Origin: an uncultured Ruminococcus sp.
GTDB taxonomy: Bacteria > Bacillota > Clostridia > Lachnospirales > Lachnospiraceae
NCBI GenBank assembly: GCA_904377845.1
Contig: CAJFGR010000002.1
Location: 11,555-75,554, forward strand
DNA length: 64,000 nucleotides
Reading direction: 5' to 3'
Shown: positions 9,039 to 18,185 of the stretch, one piece after another
Layout of the letters: every line of letters begins with the position of its first letter
Numbering within the stretch: position 1 is the stretch's first letter
The notes under the pieces: generated by a model
Databases searched by the model: none
The model's input: the letters and a program-made list of their open reading frames with translations, nothing else
What the model was told of the DNA's origin: nothing
Position numbers and translations under genes: made by a program

Positions 9039-10034
9039 ATGTTGAGAAATTACAGCGTGAGGACAGATCTTGCATTGGAGGAGAAAGAAAGGTTTGAATC
9101 GGATGACGTGGAAATCCAGGGAGTCGTACTTGAGGAAGATTACGATGAGGAACAGGAACTCCGTGTGACCAGGGTGGAGATCCGGACAGAAAATGGCGCA
9201 AAAGCGATGGGAAAACCAGTGGGCACATATCTTACACTGGAGACTCCGAATCTGGCGATCCCGGACGAAGAGAGCCATATGAATATTGCAGCCAGATTAT
9301 GCGGGTATATCCGGGAGCTGGTCAGAAAGAATGCGGGAGAAAAGGAACATGATCTGTCTGTGCTGGTCGTAGGACTTGGAAACCGTGAAGTAACCCCGGA
9401 TGCGCTGGGACCTTACGTGGCGGATCACCTCTCCGTGACAAGACACATTGTGAAAGAATACGGAAAATATGCTATGGGACTGGAGCACGCGAATATGATA
9501 AGTGCCATAGTGCCGGGGGTGATGGGACAGACAGGCATGGAAAGTACGGAGATCGTACGGGGCATTGTAAGAGAGACACATCCGGATATGGTAATCGCTG
9601 TCGATGCGCTGGCGGCACGAAACAGTAAGCGGCTGAACAGAACCGTACAGATTGCTGATACCGGAATCCACCCGGGATCCGGCATAGGCAATAACCGCTC
9701 CGGCCTGACGGAAGAGTCGCTTGGGGTCCCGGTCATTGGCATTGGTGTTCCTACAGTGGTAGACGCTGCGACTATTGTAAATGATACGATGGAAAATTTT
9801 ATAGCAGCACTGGAGACTTCGGATTCGCTGAAAGGAGTGGGGGAAGTCCTGCGTTCTTATAACGCGGGAGAAAAATACGAATTTGTAAAAGAATTGATTG
9901 CACCTCACCTGAATGGGATGTTTGTGACGCCGAAAGACGTGGACGAGATGGTTCATCAGATCAGTCATACGATTTCCGAGGCGATCAATATGTTGTTTAC
10001 AGATCATGCGCGGCAGAGTTCCGGCACGCCGTAA
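9039..10034 (+). CDS. gpr: GPR endopeptidase (spore germination protease)
   Basis: It has the N-terminal RTDLALEE motif, a later HPGSGIGNNR motif, and sits in the conserved rpsT / gpr-spoIIP context. Confidence 0.9.
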   Translation: MLRNYSVRTDLALEEKERFESDDVEIQGVVLEEDYDEEQELRVTRVEIRTENGAKAMGKPVGTYLTLETPNLAIPDEESHMNIAARLCGYIRELVRKNAGEKEHDLSVLVVGLGNREVTPDALGPYVADHLSVTRHIVKEYGKYAMGLEHANMISAIVPGVMGQTGMESTEIVRGIVRETHPDMVIAVDALAARNSKRLNRTVQIADTGIHPGSGIGNNRSGLTEESLGVPVIGIGVPTVVDAATIVNDTMENFIAALETSDSLKGVGEVLRSYNAGEKYEFVKELIAPHLNGMFVTPKDVDEMVHQISHTISEAINMLFTDHARQSSGTP

Positions 10035-10104
10035 CAGGCATAAGCTCACAGACAGGGGCATACACTTTTTAGAAGAACAAATAAGAGGAGGATGCTGCCG
10101 CAGA

Positions 10105-11292
10105 ATGGACAGATCAGTCAGAAGAAATTTAAGACAGGCAGGAACGGCGGCATCCGCTGTTCTTTTCTCGGCCTTTCTTCTATATACAGGTATGGCGGGA
10201 AAAAGCGGTGACTGGGAATACTATTTTCAGAAACAGGTAATGGAAAATGCGGAGAAGATGTATCTCCCGGCGCTGACATGGGTCAATCGTACGCCGGATA
10301 AGGAAATAGGAGAATGGATCAGGGAGAAAGCTCTTGCATGGATTCCTCTGGTAAGCTATGCCCGGGATCATGAAGTATACGGTTCGGCGCTGGAGGATGA
10401 GGAAACACTTGCCAGAATCCTGGAAGCCCAGGCAAATGATGAAAATGCAGTAGACGAAAACGGGAAGCTGATCGGAGAACCTGATGAAACGGAGACTGAA
10501 GCTGCTGAAGTGACTCCGAATGTAGACACTTCCATTGAAAAACTGAGAGATTTTGATTATCTGCTGAGTAATTTTTATACGGTGGACAGTTCCACCATGG
10601 TTAATCCGGCACAGCTGAATGCGGATGAACTGATGGGAAAGAGCATGAAGATCGATACAAGTACGAGCGGTCCCAAAGTACTGATCTACCACACACATTC
10701 GCAGGAAGAATTTGCGGATTCCACTCCGGGGGATACCGCCACGAGTATTGTGGGAGTGGGAGAGTATCTGACACAGCTTCTGAATGAGAAAGGGATTGAG
10801 ACAATCCATGATACCGGTGTCTATGACATTATCAACGGAAAGCTGGACCGCAGTAATGCATATGAATATGCGGGAGCCGCCGTTGAGAAGATTCTGGAGC
10901 AGAATCCGAGTATCGAAGTTCTGATTGACCTGCACAGGGACGGTGTCGCAGAAGGCACCCGTCTTGTGACTGAAATCAACGGAAAGCCTACGGCGAAGAT
11001 TATGTTTTTCAATGGACTCAGCCGTTCGCGCACAAACGGGAATATAGATTATCTCCCCAATCCCTACATACAGGATAATCTGGCTTTCTCTCTCCAGATG
11101 CAGATCGACGCGGAAAATAAATATCCGGGATTTGTACGCCACATCTATCTGCGGGCGTACAGGTATAATCTTCATCTCATGCCCAAATCGCTGCTGGTCG
11201 AGGCGGGGGCACAGACGAATACAGTGGAGGAGATGATGAACGCGATGGAAGTACTCTCGGCTATGCTGACCGATGTGCTTACGGAAGAATGA
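10105..11292 (+). CDS. spoIIP: Stage II sporulation protein P
   Basis: It has an N-terminal TM segment, the LIYHTHSQEEF motif and an amidase-like C-terminal domain. I chose the ATG at 10105, after AAGAGGAGGA. The upstream part of the ORF overlaps gpr. Confidence 0.88.
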   Translation: MDRSVRRNLRQAGTAASAVLFSAFLLYTGMAGKSGDWEYYFQKQVMENAEKMYLPALTWVNRTPDKEIGEWIREKALAWIPLVSYARDHEVYGSALEDEETLARILEAQANDENAVDENGKLIGEPDETETEAAEVTPNVDTSIEKLRDFDYLLSNFYTVDSSTMVNPAQLNADELMGKSMKIDTSTSGPKVLIYHTHSQEEFADSTPGDTATSIVGVGEYLTQLLNEKGIETIHDTGVYDIINGKLDRSNAYEYAGAAVEKILEQNPSIEVLIDLHRDGVAEGTRLVTEINGKPTAKIMFFNGLSRSRTNGNIDYLPNPYIQDNLAFSLQMQIDAENKYPGFVRHIYLRAYRYNLHLMPKSLLVEAGAQTNTVEEMMNAMEVLSAMLTDVLTEE

Positions 11293-11318
11293 CTGTGCCG
11301 GGAAAAATGAGTGCAGGC

Positions 11319-11347
11319 TTGAAAACCACGGGGACTGGTGTTATATT
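11319..11347 (+). promoter_or_regulatory. Sigma-A promoter of parE-parC (TTGAAA, 17-nt spacer, TGtTATATT)
   Basis: TTGAAA lies at 11319-11324 and an extended -10 at 11339-11347. Confidence 0.6.
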
Positions 11348-11470
11348 ATCTAATGGACTGCCCTGCTCCAAAGCAGGGCGCGTACAGCGGACTGGGCTGT
11401 ACAGAAAGAACGATGATCCGCTGCCGGCAGAACTTCAGACCGGCAGGCGGATACCAGAAGGAGAATGTAA

Positions 11471-13393
11471 ATGGCAGGAAAGAATACATATGATGCGGGC
11501 AGCATTGCCGTACTGGAAGGACTGGAGGCCGTCCGCAAACGCCCGGGAATGTATATCGGGAGTGTTTCCACAAAAGGGCTCAACCATCTGATCTACGAGA
11601 TCGTGGACAATGCGGTGGACGAGCATCTTGCAGGATACTGTACGGAGATCCATGTTACACTGGAGAAAGACGGATCGGCCACCATTTCGGACAACGGACG
11701 CGGCGTCCCTGTGGATATGCATGAAAAAGGAGTTTCAGCTGCGCGTCTTGTCTACACTACGCTGCACGCGGGAGGCAAGTTTGACGATTCTGCGTATAAG
11801 ACAAGCGGTGGACTTCACGGTGTGGGTTCTTCGGTTGTAAATGCTCTTTCTGCGTATATGGATGTAAAGATCAGCAAAGACGGATATATTCACCACGACC
11901 GGTATGAGCGGGGAGTCCCGGTGATCGAACTGGAGGACGGACTGCTGCCGAAGATCGGAAAGACGAAAAAGACAGGAACTACAGTGAATTTCCTGCCGGA
12001 TGATACGATCTTTGAAAAGACGAGATTTCGTGCCGAGGAGGTAAAGAGCAGGCTCCACGAGACGGCATACCTGAATCCGGAGCTCAAGATCATTTTTGAT
12101 GACAAGCGGCTGGAAGTGCCGGAGCATATTGAATATCACGAGCCGGAGGGAATAATCGGCTTTATCCGGGATCTCAACAGAAAGAAAGAAGTGCTCCACG
12201 ATCCGGTGTATTTTAAGGGGACTGCAGACGGCATTGAGGTGGAAGTGGCGCTCCAGTATGTCAATGAGTTCCACGAAAATGTGCTTGGATTCTGTAATAA
12301 TATCTACAATTCAGAGGGCGGAACCCATCTGACAGGGTTTAAGACCACATTTACCACAGTCATGAACCAGTACGCAAGAGAACTGGGAATACTTAAGGAA
12401 AAAGATGCAAACTTTACCGGTGCGGATATCAGAAACGGAATGACAGCCATTGTATCCATTAAGCATCCGGATCCCAGATTTGAAGGACAGACAAAGACAA
12501 AACTGGATAACCCTGACGCTGCCAAGGCAGTGAGCAAAGTGACGGGAGAAGAGATTGTCCGCTATTTTGACCGCAATCTGGACACGCTGAAATCTGTTCT
12601 CTCAAGTGCGGAAAAAGCGGCTAAAATCCGAAAGACCGAGGAAAAGGCGAAGACAAATCTTCTGACGAAACAAAAATATTCTTTCGACAGTAATGGGAAG
12701 CTGGCGAACTGTGAGAGCCGCGATCCGAAGAAATGTGAGATCTTTATCGTGGAGGGGGATTCCGCCGGGGGCTCCGCAAAGACAGCAAGGGACAGAAATT
12801 TCCAGGCGATTCTTCCCATCAGGGGGAAGATCCTGAATGTAGAGAAAGCAAGCATTGACAAGATTCTTGCAAACGCAGAGATCAAGACGATGATCAACGC
12901 ATTCGGGTGTGGTTTCTCGGAAGGATACGGCAATGACTTCGATATCTCGAAGCTGCGCTATGACAAGATCATTATTATGGCGGATGCGGACGTGGACGGC
13001 GCACATATTTCCACTCTGCTGCTTACCCTGTTCTACCGGTTTATGCCAGAGCTTATCTATGAGGGACACGTGTATATCGCCATGCCCCCGCTGTACAAAG
13101 CAATGCCGAAAAACGGAGAGGAAGAATATCTCTACGACGACAAGGCCCTGGAAAAATACAGGAAGACACACAAAGGACCGTTTACGCTGCAGCGTTATAA
13201 AGGTCTCGGGGAGATGGATGCAGAGCAGCTCTGGGAGACAACTCTTGATCCCGAAAGACGTCTGCTGAAACTGGTAGAGATCGAGGATGCAAGAATGGCG
13301 TCCAGCGTAACAGAAATGCTCATGGGAACCGAAGTGCCGCCGCGCCGTGCATTTATCTATGAGAACGCCACGGAGGCGGAGCTGGACATCTGA
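11471..13393 (+). CDS. parE: Type IIA topoisomerase ATPase subunit, most likely topoisomerase IV subunit B
   Basis: It carries the GHKL and Toprim motifs: LEAVRKRPGMYIGS, GLHGVGSSVVNALS, EGDSAGGSAK, PIRGKILNVEKA, DADVDGAHI. I assign topo IV rather than gyrase because of the partner subunit and the absence of a dnaA-recF context. Confidence 0.8.
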   Translation: MAGKNTYDAGSIAVLEGLEAVRKRPGMYIGSVSTKGLNHLIYEIVDNAVDEHLAGYCTEIHVTLEKDGSATISDNGRGVPVDMHEKGVSAARLVYTTLHAGGKFDDSAYKTSGGLHGVGSSVVNALSAYMDVKISKDGYIHHDRYERGVPVIELEDGLLPKIGKTKKTGTTVNFLPDDTIFEKTRFRAEEVKSRLHETAYLNPELKIIFDDKRLEVPEHIEYHEPEGIIGFIRDLNRKKEVLHDPVYFKGTADGIEVEVALQYVNEFHENVLGFCNNIYNSEGGTHLTGFKTTFTTVMNQYARELGILKEKDANFTGADIRNGMTAIVSIKHPDPRFEGQTKTKLDNPDAAKAVSKVTGEEIVRYFDRNLDTLKSVLSSAEKAAKIRKTEEKAKTNLLTKQKYSFDSNGKLANCESRDPKKCEIFIVEGDSAGGSAKTARDRNFQAILPIRGKILNVEKASIDKILANAEIKTMINAFGCGFSEGYGNDFDISKLRYDKIIIMADADVDGAHISTLLLTLFYRFMPELIYEGHVYIAMPPLYKAMPKNGEEEYLYDDKALEKYRKTHKGPFTLQRYKGLGEMDAEQLWETTLDPERRLLKLVEIEDARMASSVTEMLMGTEVPPRRAFIYENATEAELDI

Positions 13394-13408
13394 TGAAGGA
13401 GAGAGAAC

Positions 13409-15652
13409 ATGAACAGTGAATCACAGATCATAAGGACGGAGTATTCCGACCTTATGAAGAAATCATACATTGATTACGCCATGAGCGTAATTATCGCCCG
13501 CGCGCTTCCGGATGTCCGGGACGGGCTCAAGCCGGTGCAGCGGCGCACCCTTTATGATATGTATGAACTGGGAATACGATATGATAAGCCGTACAGAAAA
13601 TGTGCCCGTATCGTGGGAGATACAATGGGTAAATACCATCCCCACGGCGACAGCTCCATCTATGAGGCACTTGTTGTCATGGCCCAGGATTTCAAAAAGG
13701 GACAGATTCTTGTGGACGGACACGGCAATTTCGGCTCGATTGAGGGAGACGGTGCCGCAGCTATGCGATACACAGAGGCAAGGCTGACCAAATTTACGCA
13801 GGATGTCTGTCTTGCCGATCTGGATAAAAACGTTATTGATTTCGGTCCCAATTTTGACGAAACCGAGAAGGAACCGCTCGTTCTTCCGATGAGGGTGCCA
13901 AACCTTCTGGTAAACGGAGCGGAAGGAATTGCGGTCGGCATGGCAACCAGCATTCCGACCCACAATCTGGGCGAGGTGATCGATGCGGTAAAGGCGTATA
14001 TGAAAAATGACGCCATCAGTACCAAGCAGCTGATGAAGTATATCAAAGGTCCGGATTTCCCGACCGGGGGCATTGTAGTGAATAAAGATGATCTGCTTAA
14101 TATTTATGAGACAGGCCAGGGGAAGATTAAGATCCGGGGCAAGGTCGAAGTCGAAGATTTAAAGGGCGGGAAAAAGCAGCTTGTCATCAGTGAGATCCCT
14201 TATACGATGATCGGAACCGGGATCAGCAAGTTCCTGAATGATGTGGCAGGGCTTGTGGAGTCCAAAAAGACTACAGATATCGTGGACATATCCAACCAGT
14301 CCTCCAAGGAGGGCATCCGCATCGTACTGGAACTCAAAAAAGGTGCGGATGTGGAAAACCTGAAAAATATGCTCTATAAAAAGACTCGTCTTGAGGATAC
14401 ATTCGGAGTCAATATGCTGGCCGTGGCTGACGGCCGGCCGGAGACGCTGGGGCTGAAAAAGATCATCGAACATCACGTGGACTTCCAGTTTGAGCTTGCC
14501 ACAAGAAAATATCAGACGCTTCTTGCAAAGGAGAAAGAGAAGAGTGAAGTTCAGGAAGGCCTGATCAAAGCCTGCGATGTGATCGATCTGATCATCGAGA
14601 TTCTGCGGGGAAGCAGCTCGGTAAAGGACGCAAGAGCCTGCCTTGTTAACGGTGTTACTGACAATATCAGATTTAAGTCCAATATATCCAAAAAGATGGC
14701 AGCTCTCTTACGATTTACGGACCGGCAGGCAACGGCTATCCTGGAGATGCGGCTCTACCGCCTGATCGGGCTGGAGATTGAAGCACTCAGGGCAGAACAC
14801 GAGCAGACATTAAAAAATATAGCCCGCTATGAGGATATTCTCAATAATTATGATTCCATGGCAGGGGTGATCATGGAAGAGCTTGACGCGTTTAAGAAAG
14901 AATATGCGCGAAAGCGCCGCACGGTGATCGAGAATGCAGAAGAGGCGGTCTTCGAAGAGAAAAAGATTGAGGAGCAGGAGGTTGTCTTCCTCATGGACCG
15001 GTTCGGATACGCGAAGACAGTTGACACATCGGTCTATGAGAGAAACAGAGAAGCTGCGGACAGTGAGAATAACTATGTGGTGCACTGTATGAATACGGGC
15101 AGACTTTGTATTTTCACTGACACAGGCAGAATGCATCAGGTCAAAGTGATGGATGTACCCTACGGCAGATTCCGCGACAAAGGAACCCCCATCGATAATG
15201 TGAGCAATTATTCCACCAGTGATGAGCAGATTGTTATGGTGTGCGATGCAGAACAGATGCGTTTTGCATATCTGCTCTTTGCTACTGCCCAGGGAATGAT
15301 CAAGAAAGTAGAAGGAACAGAATTCCAGGTGACAAAGCGTACCATCGCGGCAACAAAACTGCAGGAGGGGGATTCTGTGATTGCAGTGAAGGTGGTAACT
15401 GACGTGCAGAATACAGTTCTGCAGACGAGGAACGGATACTTTCTGAGATTCCCGGCAGCCGATATCCCTGTGAAGAAGAAAGCGGCTGTCGGTGTGCGCG
15501 GTATACGGCTCCAGAAGAAAGATGAACTGGAACACGTATATCTGTTTGAAGAGGGAACCGAGTCAAAGATCCGCTACGGGGAAAAGGAGGTTACACTCAA
15601 CAGACTGAAACTGGCAAAGCGTGACGGAACGGGAACGAAGTACAGGGGATAA
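13409..15652 (+). CDS. parC: Type IIA topoisomerase breakage-reunion subunit, most likely topoisomerase IV subunit A
   Basis: It has the motifs RALPDVRDGLKPVQRR and HPHGDSSIYEALV, and the catalytic Tyr in AAMRYTEARL. It is only 747 aa, and I saw no GyrA-box (QRRGGKG-like) in the C-terminal domain. Confidence 0.8.
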   Translation: MNSESQIIRTEYSDLMKKSYIDYAMSVIIARALPDVRDGLKPVQRRTLYDMYELGIRYDKPYRKCARIVGDTMGKYHPHGDSSIYEALVVMAQDFKKGQILVDGHGNFGSIEGDGAAAMRYTEARLTKFTQDVCLADLDKNVIDFGPNFDETEKEPLVLPMRVPNLLVNGAEGIAVGMATSIPTHNLGEVIDAVKAYMKNDAISTKQLMKYIKGPDFPTGGIVVNKDDLLNIYETGQGKIKIRGKVEVEDLKGGKKQLVISEIPYTMIGTGISKFLNDVAGLVESKKTTDIVDISNQSSKEGIRIVLELKKGADVENLKNMLYKKTRLEDTFGVNMLAVADGRPETLGLKKIIEHHVDFQFELATRKYQTLLAKEKEKSEVQEGLIKACDVIDLIIEILRGSSSVKDARACLVNGVTDNIRFKSNISKKMAALLRFTDRQATAILEMRLYRLIGLEIEALRAEHEQTLKNIARYEDILNNYDSMAGVIMEELDAFKKEYARKRRTVIENAEEAVFEEKKIEEQEVVFLMDRFGYAKTVDTSVYERNREAADSENNYVVHCMNTGRLCIFTDTGRMHQVKVMDVPYGRFRDKGTPIDNVSNYSTSDEQIVMVCDAEQMRFAYLLFATAQGMIKKVEGTEFQVTKRTIAATKLQEGDSVIAVKVVTDVQNTVLQTRNGYFLRFPAADIPVKKKAAVGVRGIRLQKKDELEHVYLFEEGTESKIRYGEKEVTLNRLKLAKRDGTGTKYRG

Positions 15653-15669
15653 AAACTTTTATTAAGCCC

Positions 15670-15698
15670 TTGCAATCTCTGGAAACTGGTGGTATACT
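15670..15698 (+). promoter_or_regulatory. Sigma-A promoter of the rimP-nusA-infB operon (TTGCAA, 17-nt spacer, TGgTATACT)
   Basis: TTGCAA lies at 15670-15675 and an extended -10 at 15690-15698. Confidence 0.7.
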
Positions 15699-15725
15699 AA
15701 CCAATAGTTACATAAGGAATCCGGC

Positions 15726-15760
15726 AGAAGAGTGAACGAAAGTTCACTCTTCTTTGTTGG
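15726..15760 (+). terminator. Leader hairpin / weak intrinsic terminator upstream of rimP (candidate attenuator)
   Basis: AGAAGAGTGAAC-gaaa-GTTCACTCTTCT forms a 12-bp stem with a GNRA-like loop. It is followed by an interrupted T-tract, TTGTTGG. Confidence 0.5.
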
Positions 15761-15822
15761 TGGGGAAATACTGCAGGAATGTCTGCTGTATATAACACGG
15801 TGTAACGGAAAGGATGTATAGC

Positions 15823-16290
15823 GTGTCGAGAAGAGAAGAATATGAAGAAAAGACAGAACAGCTTCTGGAACCGGTCGTATCGGGACTCGGATTTGAACTG
15901 GTAGACGTGGAATATGTCAAAGAGGGCGGAACATGGTATCTGCGGGCGTATATCGATAAACCCGGCGGAATCACCGTGGATGACTGTGAAGCAGTCAGCA
16001 GGCAGTTTTCGGATATCCTGGATGAAAAAGATTACATCGAGGATTCCTATGTATTTGAAGTGAGTTCTCCCGGACTCGGAAGACCGCTGAAAAAGGAAAA
16101 GGATTTTGCGAGAAGTATCGGCGAGGAAGTCGAGATACGGACATACCGGGCGATCGACCGTCAGAAAGAGTTTACCGGAATCCTGAAAGACTATGACGAG
16201 AATACAGTTACAATCGTGTATGAAGACGAAACAGAACAGACATTTGAGAGGGCTGATATTGCCCTGATCCGTCTGGCTTTGGATTTTTAA
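15823..16290 (+). CDS. rimP: Ribosome maturation factor RimP
   Basis: The sequence LLEPVVSGLGFELVDVEYVKEGGTWYLRAYIDKPGGITVDDCE is typical of RimP. I chose the GTG at 15823, 9 nt after GGAAAGGA, because the ATG at 15814 abuts the SD. Confidence 0.88.
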   Translation: MSRREEYEEKTEQLLEPVVSGLGFELVDVEYVKEGGTWYLRAYIDKPGGITVDDCEAVSRQFSDILDEKDYIEDSYVFEVSSPGLGRPLKKEKDFARSIGEEVEIRTYRAIDRQKEFTGILKDYDENTVTIVYEDETEQTFERADIALIRLALDF

Positions 16291-16315
16291 TGATTATTTA
16301 GGAGGAAACGTAAGA

Positions 16316-17551
16316 ATGAACACAGAGTTAATGGAAGCATTGACAATCCTTGAGAAAGAGAAAAACATCAGTAAAGATGTTATGATGGATGCAATTGAAA
16401 ATTCTCTGATCAGCGCCTGCAAAAATCACTTCGGAACAGCAGAGAATATCAAGGTGATCATGGATCGGGAAACCTGCGACTATGCTGTATATGCCGAAAA
16501 GAAAGTGGTAGACGAGGTAACGAATCCTGCGTTGGAGATCAGCCTTGAGGATGCCGAGAAACTGGATTCGGCACTTCAGGTCGGAGACGTTGCCCAGATT
16601 CCGGTACAGTCGAAGGAGTTCGGCCGTATCGCTACGCAGAATGCAAAGAACCTGATTCTGCAGAAAATCAGGGAAGAAGAGAGAAAAGTAGTCTTCGATC
16701 AGTATTTTGAGAAGGAAAAAGACATTGTAACAGGTATTGTACAGCGCTATGTCGGCAAGAATATCAGCATCAATCTCGGAAGGGCTGATGCAATGCTGAC
16801 TGAGAACGAGCAGGTGAAAGGAGAGGTGTTCAAGCCGACAGACCGCATCAAGCTTTATGTCGTTGAAGTTAAGAATACGCCAAGGGGACCGAAGATCCTT
16901 GTATCCCGTACACATCCGGAACTTGTAAAGCGTCTCTTTGAGGCGGAAGTATCCGAGGTCAGGGACGGAATCGTTGAGATCAAGAGTATTGCCCGCGAGG
17001 CCGGCTCGAGAACAAAGATGGCAGTGTGGTCCAACGACCCGAATGTAGACCCGGTAGGAGCCTGTGTGGGAATGAACGGTTCCAGGGTCAATGCGGTTGT
17101 CCAGGAACTGAGGGGCGAGAAGATTGATATTATCAACTGGGATGAAAACCCGGCTCTTCTCATCGAGAATGCATTGAGCCCGGCAAAGGTTATTTCCGTT
17201 ATGGCTGATCCGGAAGAAAAAGTGGCAAATGTGATCGTACCTGACTACCAGCTTTCACTCGCAATCGGCAAGGAAGGACAGAATGCGCGCCTTGCCGCAA
17301 GGCTGACAGGATATAAGATCGACATTAAGAGCGAGACTCAGGCGATCGAAGCCGGAGATCTTCCGGAAAACTACATGGAGCAGATGGGGCTTATGGAAGA
17401 AGAAGGGTACACCGGAGATTATGATGATGAGTATGCTGAGGAAGCTTACGATGATTATGACGGTGTATATGATGAAGAAGGTGCATATCAGGAAGACGCT
17501 TACGACGGAGACGGCCAGGAAGAGATTGAATTCGTCGAGACAGATAAATAG
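16316..17551 (+). CDS. nusA: Transcription termination/antitermination factor NusA
   Basis: It shows the N-terminal domain, S1 and two KH domains (for example the [11 protein letters not shown] motif). The C-terminus is an acidic Tyr-rich tail. Confidence 0.95.
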   Translation: MNTELMEALTILEKEKNISKDVMMDAIENSLISACKNHFGTAENIKVIMDRETCDYAVYAEKKVVDEVTNPALEISLEDAEKLDSALQVGDVAQIPVQSKEFGRIATQNAKNLILQKIREEERKVVFDQYFEKEKDIVTGIVQRYVGKNISINLGRADAMLTENEQVKGEVFKPTDRIKLYVVEVKNTPRGPKILVSRTHPELVKRLFEAEVSEVRDGIVEIKSIAREAGSRTKMAVWSNDPNVDPVGACVGMNGSRVNAVVQELRGEKIDIINWDENPALLIENALSPAKVISVMADPEEKVANVIVPDYQLSLAIGKEGQNARLAARLTGYKIDIKSETQAIEAGDLPENYMEQMGLMEEEGYTGDYDDEYAEEAYDDYDGVYDEEGAYQEDAYDGDGQEEIEFVETDK

Positions 17552-17582
17552 GAGCAGCATATAATCTGAAGGAGTGGGTTGT

Positions 17583-17864
17583 TTGGCAGTAAATAAAAAG
17601 ATCCCTATGAGAAAATGTGTGGGGTGCGGTGAGATGAAACCAAAGAAAGAACTGATGCGTATCCTTAAGACGGAGACGGGAGAGTTTGTCGTCGATGCCG
17701 CGGGAAAGAAAAACGGAAGGGGCGCATATCTGTGCCGGTCAGTTGAGTGTTTCCGGAAAGCGGTGAAGTCAAAAGGACTGGAGCGTTCTTTCAAACAGGA
17801 GATTCCGCAGGATGTGTACGACAGGCTGGAAAAGGAGATGGGAAATATTGATGCACAGGGATAA
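17583..17864 (+). CDS. ylxR: YlxR/RnpM family (DUF448) RNA-binding protein
   Basis: It has the KKIPMRKCVGCGEMKPKKELMRI motif. I chose the TTG at 17583, 8 nt after AAGGAG, because the GTG at 17574 overlaps the SD. Confidence 0.85.
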   Translation: MAVNKKIPMRKCVGCGEMKPKKELMRILKTETGEFVVDAAGKKNGRGAYLCRSVECFRKAVKSKGLERSFKQEIPQDVYDRLEKEMGNIDAQG

Positions 17865-18171
17865 AGTCCTGTCTCTGATCGGGCTGGCGATGAAAGCGGG
17901 AAGATGCATAAGCGGCGAGACGATGACGGAGAGTGAGACAAAATCCGGGCGCGCCCGCCTGGTGATCATCGCATCAGACGCATCGGAGAACACAAAGAAG
18001 AAATTTCGGGATATGTGTAAATTTTACAAAGTTCCAATTTATATTTACGGAGATAAAGATACCTTAGGGCATGCAATGGGAAAAGAATTCCGTGCATCTC
18101 TGGCGATATTGGACGAAGGATTTGCAGACGGAATTCAAAAAGAGCTTAAAGACCGAGAGGATATTGCATAA
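17851..18171 (+). CDS. ylxQ: L7Ae-family ribosome-associated protein YlxQ
   Basis: It has the [19 protein letters not shown] motif and sits in the conserved nusA-ylxR-ylxQ-infB order. The ATG at 17851 overlaps the end of ylxR. Confidence 0.85.
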   Translation: MHRDKVLSLIGLAMKAGRCISGETMTESETKSGRARLVIIASDASENTKKKFRDMCKFYKVPIYIYGDKDTLGHAMGKEFRASLAILDEGFADGIQKELKDREDIA

Positions 18172-18185
18172 AGGAGGTAGAGAAT

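Noticed and set aside
10180-11175. A 331-aa ORF antisense to spoIIP.
   Set aside because: It has an antisense-frame composition rich in Ile, Phe, Cys and Arg, with no SD and no motif. SpoIIP motifs occupy the sense strand.
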